Assembly: GCA_964016885.1 (NCBI GenBank)
Contig: OZ024740.1
Span: forward strand, 155,992,001 to 156,056,000
Length of the DNA stretch: 64,000 bases
Source of the DNA: Eledone cirrhosa
Taxonomy: Eukaryota
Direction: 5' to 3'
Made by a program: the position numbers and the translations under genes
Shown here: one piece after another, positions 55,417 to 64,000 of the stretch
Numbering within the stretch: position 1 is the stretch's first letter
Layout of the letters: the number at the start of each line of letters is the position of its first letter
The notes under the pieces: model-generated
Databases searched by the model: none
Told to the model about the DNA's origin: nothing
The model's input: the letters and a program-made list of their open reading frames with translations, nothing else

Positions 55417-55417
<1 letters not shown>
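54976..55417 (+). mobile_element. Dong/R4-clade non-LTR 3' fragment (restriction-like endonuclease) in (TAA)n
   Basis: HNRPDLVV...IVDVACP...YQDL...VVPIVIGALG; (AAT)n on both sides; in-frame TGA at 55101. Confidence 0.85.
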
Positions 55418-55462
<45 letters not shown>

Positions 55463-56306
55463 TGTTTCTACTTTTGGCACAAGGCCAGCACTTACCCAGT
55501 GCATTATTGGTACTTTATTTTATCGACCCCGTAAGGATGAAAGGCAAAGTTAACCTCGGCTGAATTTGAACTCAGAATGGCAAGGGCCGTAACTCTATGC
55601 GACAAAGCATGGCGTCCGACCCTCTACTGATACTGCCAATCCACCGCCTTTGAGCAGTATCTAATAATGATAATTATCTCTTTATTGCAGAACCCTTATT
55701 GCCAATTATCTCTTTTATATTGTTTTGGAATATCATTGAATTGGGGAAAAAAAAAGTAATAATAATAATAATAATTGTTTCTACTTTTGGTACAAGACCA
55801 GCAATTATCCCAGTGTATTACTGGTACTTTATTTTATCGACCCCGTAAGGATGAAAGGCAAAGTTAAATAATAATAATAATAATAACACTATTAATAGTT
55901 ATCAATTAATGCTATCGTGCAATGCCTGTGCTTGAAGAATATTTTTTAAAGTGAGGAAAGACTGTGCACTGAGCCAATCCCACTCTCTGAGCGAGAGTAG
56001 CTATAACCCGAAAAGAAGAAAAGATCAACATCATCGGTAACTACTGAGCCGCAGGTTTTATGTCGGAGTTAACCCAGTTTCCTGAGATGCCTTCTCCTAG
56101 AAGAATGCCCTGACAAAGTCTAGGGGTCCTTCACTCTCAGTGATTTAACTGCGCGATCGGGTATCCAGCCCGATTATTTCTATGCCCCCGCGCATGAAAA
56201 AAAAGAACTCACTTATTGACACTCATATGTACGACCCCCCCTCCACACACACACACGCACACACCAACACTCATGCATATAAGCAAACAAATCACACCAT
56301 TCACTT

Positions 56307-56340
<34 letters not shown>

Positions 56341-56909
56341 TACCGTCATTTCTGATACAAGATTATGTCAACTGTTGACTTTCGAAAGAGTTGGTATAAT
56401 TGAAGCCGTTCGTGTTACTGTTCAGTATTATTATAATTGCTTTACAGCATAGAGCTATGGCCATCTACATTCCGAGCTCAAATCCCACCGAGGTCAACCT
56501 TGCCTTTCATCCCCACGGAGTCGACAAAACAGAGCACCAGTAATGCGCTGGCACAATCGCTGGACCCGTGCCAAAAGCAGAAACATTATTATTATTATAG
56601 TTGTTGTTTTCTTAAGGCCCGATCGCTGGTGATGGTGGTGGTGGATGGTGGTGGTGATGGCAATGGTGGTGGTAATAGTGGTCGTGGATGGTGGTGGGAA
56701 TGGTGGTGGCAGTTGATGTTGTCGTTGTTTTTTTTAAAAATCTTTTAATTTTTTTTTTATCGTTTGATGCCGCAGTTGTTGTAAATGTTCATTTCATTCT
56801 GATGCTGTAGACATTGGTGCCGGTGTTGTTGTTGTTGTAGATGTGGTAGACGTTGCGGCTGAAATTTAGTCGTTTTGACTAAGTGATATATATATATATA
56901 CACATACAT

Positions 56910-56966
<57 letters not shown>

Positions 56967-57030
56967 TACACACACACATTCAACACACATATATATATAT
57001 ACACATACATATATATATACACACACACAC

Positions 57031-57118
<88 letters not shown>

Positions 57119-57301
57119 GCCCGTCCAGTTAACCATCCGGTTATCGAACCAACCTACCGGAAATTTATGATAAATTGAAAACTAACAGGTGCGTGTGTTT
57201 TTATTGGCAGATTGACCCTCCCAAAGTATAACAATCTGTTTCAAAACACGTTTTCAGATAAGAAATCTTGCAAAACAAATTAAAAAACGAAGTGTATATA
57301 A

Positions 57302-57360
<59 letters not shown>

Positions 57361-57394
57361 TATATTATATTATATTATATATATTTGTACGTAC

Positions 57395-57489
57395 ATCAGC
57401 TAGTGCATCTTTAATCACAGTTCTTACACACTCAGATAGATCTGGAGCATTCCACTGACCATCTTTCTTGCATTGTCTTGTAGCACTCC
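57395..57489 (-). CDS. Adhesion GPCR exon, HormR domain part 2 (SATRQCKKDGQWNAPDLSECVRTVIKDALAD)
   Basis: tttag acceptor, gtacgt donor; R-x-C...G-x-W-x2-PDLS-x-C motif; phase 1-0. Confidence 0.9.
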
Positions 57490-58123
57490 CTAAATGTTTT
57501 GTTGAAAGACAAAGAAAAAGAGTTCAAAGGGTATTAGTTAATAGCGTTTGTTGTTGGCAAAACCATATTACAGATTCGTGCTAAAGGATGGTTGGATTCC
57601 GGAAACAGTGAAAGATGGGAATAAATGCCCAACAAAGACATTTTTGAAAGTATTTTATTATGGTTTCACTAAAAACAGAAAGGCAGCGCCCATCACTTTT
57701 GTAGAGCCTTTCAAACGCATATGGAAAAAAGAGAAAGAAGCCACCATCGATTGCTACTACTGAATTTAATATAAATTATCAAATGGCAATATTTCTTCAT
57801 TTTAAAACTCTTTTGGACTTCATCTTTAAACATCAACTGTATACTTAGCGCTAATGTCTGGACATAAAAAGGTTACCGATTTGTTTCATTTAGGCCTTGC
57901 CAAAATAGCATTCTTTTCTTTAAATTCTTATGAAGATGAAGGTTCAGCTATACTTTATTGTTTAGTATTTTGAATTTCTGCAAATAGCATTTTATTTATC
58001 TTTAACGACTTTCGGGCATGAAAATTCAGCTATTTCATTTCAGCTAAATTGAAAATTTGCTTCTCGATTGTTTTGTTTTCTGTTAAAGCTTTGGACCTTA
58101 TCAAATTGATGATTTTTCCTTAC

Positions 58124-58222
58124 CTTCAAAGCCATCTGGACATGAAACTTCGGTTTTTTTCTCTACTAACGTTTGGGGCCAAACTAGGTCTTCTTTAGTT
58201 TCTGCTGTGCACAATTGCTTAC
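58124..58222 (-). CDS. Adhesion GPCR exon, HormR domain part 1 (KQLCTAETKEDLVWPQTLVEKKTEVSCPDGFE)
   Basis: tttcccag acceptor, AG|gtaagg donor; C-x9-W-x2-T-x9-CP motif. Confidence 0.9.
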
Positions 58223-58289
58223 CTGGGAAAGCGAAGTAAAATGTATGCAGGTTAATAAATCTAAAACAAAGCAAAGACTAAAATGATAA

Positions 58290-59310
58290 AAGAGTACTGC
58301 TCAGAGGTTTACAGCTCTCAGACCCCATGGAAACCTCAGCGTGCTTATCAGTCAGGAATCGTCAAACGATGACACCTTCCCAGACCTGCGTAAAGAAGTG
58401 GAGATAGCAATAAAATCGCTGAAAATAGGCACGCAAGCAAAGTGATGCTACAAGTCATCCTGAACAGGCTGAAGTCACAAATAGAAGAAATCGTTGCAGA
58501 AGAGCAGGCTGGTTTCTGCAGAGGTAGGAGCATCACAAAACAGATTTTCAATCTGAGAGTTTTGTGCGATAAGTACAATAAACATTAAGACATTTACCAC
58601 GAACTCATCAATTTCAAGAAAGTCTTACATAGGATGTGGTACGATACGCTGAGGGCAATCATGAAGAAATATAACATGGGTCAGAATGTCTTCTACACTC
58701 TACAACGGCTGTACGCGAAGACCTCAAGTGTGGTACTTGCCCAAGGGGAAATGGTGGATTGGTTCCACACGTCAGTAGGCTTCGAACTCGGTTGTTTGCT
58801 TTCCTCGAGACTGTTCAATATTTTCCTTGAACGAATTATGACATAGGCTCTAGAAGACAATTTTGGCACAATCAGTATATGAGGACGAATTGTCATAAAT
58901 CTCAGGGTAACTGATGACATCGATGGGCTAGCTGGAAGTGAAGAGGAACACGCCGAACTGGTGAACTGCCAGGCCATAACATCTACCAGATACGGGATGG
59001 AGATCGGTACCGAGAAAACAAAGATGATGATGAACACCACAAATTCAATAGACTGAAGGATCTCTGTCAGTGGTCAAGAACTGAAGACTGTGACGCTATT
59101 CGAGTACCTTAGCGCCATTATCAGTCAAGAGAGATCAAAACCAGGGGCCCCTGTAAGAACTGCTCTAACACCAACAGAACTTGACTAACTGAAACTTCTC
59201 TGGGGAGACAAAGACACCAATCTCAGATGCAAAATAAAACTCCTGCGTGCGTTGGTCCTATCTGACTTTCTATACGCATGCGAGTCTTGGACCTTCACCA
59301 CAGAACTGCA
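58290..59310 (+). mobile_element. Highly decayed RTE-like LINE RT fragment
   Basis: EEQAGFCRGRS, GCLLSSRLFNIFLE, LYACESWT. Confidence 0.8.
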
Positions 59311-59397
59311 AACAGTGTCCCAACGACCACAAAAGGGGAAGGGGACATTGATGATGACAATGATGATGATGATGATAATTCTATCTTTGATGAATAC

Positions 59398-59458
59398 ATT
59401 CATAGATCTCACTAAACAGTTTCATTTTATATTTCGTTGCGTATTCAAGGTTGTTGAA
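59398..59458 (-). CDS. Adhesion GPCR exon (FNNLEYATKYKMKLFSEIYE+C), phase 0-1
   Basis: ttgcag acceptor, gtattc donor; splicing creates EIYEC, similar to the ElyGC end of F5/8C domains. Confidence 0.5.
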
Positions 59459-60964
59459 CTGCAACACTCGAGCATATTTCCTTATGTTAAAGATTTCTAT
59501 TATGTCTTCGTTTTTTGTTCTATTATTACGTTATTAAAAGCTTAATTTCAAACACTTATCATGACAAGTAGAACAATATCATAGATTATTGGAAAAAACA
59601 AAAACACAACAAAACAAAATAAAACACAAAGAGCTTTGAGACATTAGAAGCTGTTGGACACCGTATACATAAGTGGTAACATCTTCCAAATTGATCTTAT
59701 ATCATGTATCTAGGTAGCCTAAGAAGCTTTGAAAGCTCAATGCTTAGCTTTAGTCCCACGATGTTCAAAACGAGCTAAATGTAACCCCAAATAAATCTAC
59801 AGGTTATCTTTATCTTAAAAATGTGTTTCTTATTTTCGACTGTTTAGTGAAAGGAATCATTTAAAATTAGAAGTGCTCCCCCTATACACAACAGAATTTC
59901 TATAGTAGTTTTGAATTCAAGGCATTTGAGATAATAGATTAATATTAGATCCACGTTGGCATTTCGCTTCCTTTATCCTGTACTAGGCATCCACAGAAGA
60001 AAAAAAAAACCTTTAGATATATTACAAACCTTTCGATACAAAAACCGTAGTTTTTTTGACGGGACCTTTCAGAAAATTCTCTTGAGAATAGCAAGAAATG
60101 TTGGTATCAGATTTTATTGAAAATTTTCCTGAAAATGTATAAATTAGAAAGGATTAATTAACAAGTTTCCATGTCATTTTTTTTTTATCCTAAGGTTTAC
60201 TATGAACGAGCATCCTATGATCAAAAGCTTTCCAGCTGTGACCATACTATATGGTTTAGACCGGGGATCAGTAGCAAGTGGAGCATTGAGTTTTTTCTAT
60301 GGACCTCGGACCTTTGAAATTTTTATAAGCAACATATGATATAATACACAAGCGACCCCACCCCCAAAAAACAAAACAAAAAAAATGAAAAGTGGACCGT
60401 TACAAAGAGACATTGTTGATCACTTGTCTAGACTATATTTTTATGGTGTAAACTATATCATTAATGGGCCTTTCCATTTTAAAGAAAATACGATGAGTTT
60501 TAACGAAGTTTTGGCTGTTGTTTCGAATCAGAGTCTTCGTTGATTTGTAATATGTTTTGTTTTAAGTAAAATACCTCGTCTTTGAGGAAGAGGAGAATAT
60601 ATCTTTTATTGATTTTTTACAGATAACACACAAGTCTTCTAAATACTGACAGTTTTAGAGATTTTTTTCTTGGATAAAGGCGAAGCAGCATTATCACTTT
60701 CTCCTTTCCTAACTCTCAGAACTTTTCTAACTATTCAATGAGTTTTCCTATTGACTAATTGTTGTCGACACATACTCTCAGTACTTTTCTCAGATTCATT
60801 TGATAAGATAGCTTATTCCTGCTTTCCATGATCCCTCAACTCCTAATTGAGTTACAACGATACCGATATAACATACTGTGTGTTTTGGGCATCTAAACCT
60901 GGTCGAACTCGTTTAGCTCTAGATATGACCACAGATGATTTACTTGAGAGAGAGAGAAAGAAGG

Positions 60965-61068
<104 letters not shown>

Positions 61069-61637
61069 ATTTATTGTTGACGAAAGGATGAAAGAGGCAA
61101 AGTTAACATTGACGGAATTTGAAATGAAAGGGCAAGGAATCGAAACAAATAGCATGCATTCTAACAGATGCTCTTTAAAGACTGCCATCTTACGCTAGCT
61201 TATTAACACATCACAATAATGAGGTTTCCACCCTCCCTTATGCCCTACAAAGTAAATAATGAAACTTATATCAGACATATTTCAGTGTATAATTCGTTTA
61301 ATTGCATCATAATAATCCACACCATCCCAACTTATAAAAATCCACAGGGATTTTCTTCTATTTTTATGGAACTTCATTCTCATCCATGTGTTTTTTTAAA
61401 ATCCGATATTACACTTTAGAAACTTTGAACTGAACGTTAACCATAGCAATCTAAAAAATCCCCCTTAATTCTCTTAATTTAGATTGGTGCTTAATGTCGT
61501 TAGTTTTTGTTTATCACCATCTTCTGACCTTTGGTAGCTTTTATTAGGCATCTATTTATTTCAACGATGCAGACCAAACTTACACTCCAGTTCTTTTCCC
61601 ACAACCACATTTGTCCTGTAGACACTGATCAACAAAC

Positions 61638-61717
61638 ATTCAGGATTGGCTTCAACAGCATCAATCTAACCAGTCTGGGAGGGCTTGTAAATGTTATGAG
61701 AATATCTTTTCTCCTAA
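61638..61717 (-). CDS. Adhesion GPCR exon (RRKDILITFTSPPRLVRLMLLKPILN), phase 1-0
   Basis: ttttctag acceptor; weaker gtttgt donor; resembles the F..P...R....P end of galactose-binding/F5-8C-like domains. Confidence 0.5.
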
Positions 61718-62309
61718 CTAGAAAAGTAAACGAACATCCATCGGTTTCAACGATGAGCTTTTTAATCATTCGATCAACAGAACGACATTCTTGTTAAATT
61801 AACGTGTAAGCAGTTGAATATTCCAGAAGAACGTGTGCAATTAACGTATCATGAGAATTTAGTGTAACAGAGTTTACTACAATATTGGCCTTTTGAATTG
61901 CAAGTACAATCCAACAGGCCGACTTTCAAGCAATTTCATTTCCATCTACCCAATATCACAAACATTGCTTAGGTTGACTGGAGGTTATGATAAAAGGTAC
62001 TTAGTTAAGATTCTACGGACCGGGATCAAGCCTGGAACCTTGTGATTTGAAGCGGTCTTTTTAATCACTCGGCTAAGCTAAGTCCATGTCACAGGCTAAC
62101 TTATTAGAAAAAGCAGAGTGTTATGTTATCATTTTATTTTTTATTCGGTATAATTTAAAAAAAATATATTTTCTACAAATTAACCGATCAAATAAATAAA
62201 TGAATAAATAAATGCGCCATATTTTCTACAGAAAATAATAAAAGAAATTAAATTCAGTAATGGTAAGACCAATGGAAATATTGTTTCTTAGAACCGATTT
62301 GACGTGTGT

Positions 62310-62945
62310 CCGCCACCCCCTCGCTGAGCGAATGAGGTCTGCGATCTTGTCAATTGAACTGTCTACAGCTGCTGTCACGTGTGGGACGTATCCAGTTGTT
62401 AGCCGAGTCCATCGTGAAGATCACCCCGCCGCATTCATTTAAGAACGAAGGAGAGGCGGTTTTCCTCTGTCTGGTGGTTATGGCGAAAGAGGTAATATGG
62501 TGGACGAGGTTAAAATGACTGGGGGCAAACACCTTTCTCTCCGGACAACAACTTATCCCCTTCTTTAAGTATCACTTCAGAAGGAATGTGAGAGTGGAGA
62601 GAGAGGTGCTACACCCCAGTAAATTCGCTGAAAGGTGGGTGAATGTGGTGAAAATGGCCCGAGTGAATAGGCCTTCTCTGTATATAAACCTGTAGGTTGA
62701 GGAAGATAAACAGAGGGAAGACAGGAACACCTACAAAACGTGTTCCTGGTGTTGAGGGTTGTTCTATCCACGGGGTGTAAAACAACCCTGCAGTAACGTT
62801 CCCTTCTATTGGGGATTTCAATTGTTATTTTATTATATATAGTTTATTGTTATTTATTAATGTTAAAGTTATTTTTATGTAAAACCCCCGCCGTCACGTC
62901 TTGTAATGTCCCATTTTTGTACGCCTCTGTGGCAAATAAGGAAAG
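62310..62945 (+). mobile_element. Decayed 3' fragment of the same Tx1-like LINE family as 36686-37930
   Basis: Clear nucleotide similarity to 37300-37930. Confidence 0.85.
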
Positions 62946-63831
62946 ATATCTATAGGGAAGTCCCTGAGTTTGCATAAGACAAAACACATTTTTCAACATG
63001 TTCAAATATTTTGTGTTTTTCTTAGACAAAGGATCAACTCAGAAACGTCAGATTCTTCTTTTCCTCTGGAAATAAGGTCGTGTCTAAACTCACAAACTTC
63101 CCGGGTCTCCATATATTTCGTGAGAACGTGAATCTGCATCTAGAAAGTTCTTCTCAAAGGTGCAGGCATAGGCAGTGATAAGTTGTAATGTTATTTATAC
63201 AACTGCGAATAAAATTATTTCTTCTCCCTATTCACCAACATAAATATATGATTGACTGCCTGAGTGTGCCTGTGAACTATATATACAACAGGTCCAAACA
63301 CAAAGGCACCAAACTCCCTCTGTTACTACCTCCGGCTCCCCGGCTCTCCCAATCTCCCAATCTCTCACTATTATGAGTAAATGGCCCACGTACTGGCCGC
63401 CCGCAGCCCCGGTGAACAGAATAGAGAAGGTGTTTCCCTGGAGAATGGTGAGGGGGACACGCTGGAAGAGCCATTCGAACTCGAAGTGATTGTTATTGAA
63501 ATATATCAGTTGCCCATGAATAAAACTGTCCTGTCTTTACGTTACCGGTGTTGTCCAATGGAAAGAATAGAACCGACACAGTTTAGCATCAAATCGTAAA
63601 GGTACAAAAGAGATACGGAAAGGAATCACGCCTGATAATTCCGTGCTTGATACCTCTAACAATTCTACCAACCCGCCGCCCTTGACTGGAACTTAATTTA
63701 TCAATTTGACTTCATCCAGAAGATATACCGTGAGGTATTTTTATCGGACGCTCTAACTATTCCATCAATTGCCCACCTTATGAACTGATTAACGCCAGTT
63801 TCCACGGTTTCTGTTTTTAACAAGTTCTTAC

Positions 63832-63954
63832 CTGTATAATCTGACATTCGATTGAAATTCTTTGTTTCATCGGAATTTTGGTAAGTTACGTAAACCCTAG
63901 CACTCTTTACACTACTCACACAGCTGTATGCAACCTTTGCATTGATATTTGCAA
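63832..63954 (-). CDS. Adhesion GPCR exon (ANINAKVAYSCVSSVKSARVYVTYQNSDETKNFNRMSDYT), phase 1-1
   Basis: ctacag acceptor, AG|gtaaga donor, open frame, phase-compatible with the next exon. Confidence 0.65.
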
Positions 63955-64000
63955 CTGTAGATGAAGTTAAAGTTGCTGTAGGGATCTCTGATACATTTAA

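Overview
This is AT-rich, microsatellite-saturated animal DNA. The tRNA-derived SINEs resemble octopod cephalopod repeats (inference). The window lies inside a minus-strand, intron-rich adhesion GPCR gene that the ORF track misses. I reconstructed 11 phase-compatible GT-AG exons: a putative galactose-binding/F5-8C-like segment, a HormR domain and a GAIN domain; the GPS and 7TM probably lie beyond position 1. The introns hold a complete Penelope-like element (PLE) with pseudo-LTRs, two Naiad-type PLEs, PLE fragments, a decayed Helitron, RTE/Tx1/Dong-R4 LINE pieces, a Gypsy element nested in an RTE, a mariner scrap and many SINEs. The main unexplained signal is about 20 type I hammerhead ribozyme (HHR) motifs, intact or decayed, from many unrelated sequence families. 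Several sit in non-coding partial-tandem, retrozyme-like units (periods 496, 597 and about 426 nt) inserted in (TA)n. Recurrent features are non-canonical cores (U3-A8, C4), a U.U pair closing stem II, very large stem II inserts, a conserved upstream anti-stem-II/splice-donor-like motif, and fold-back junctions anchored on the ribozyme. All folds were done by eye and none is shown to be active.
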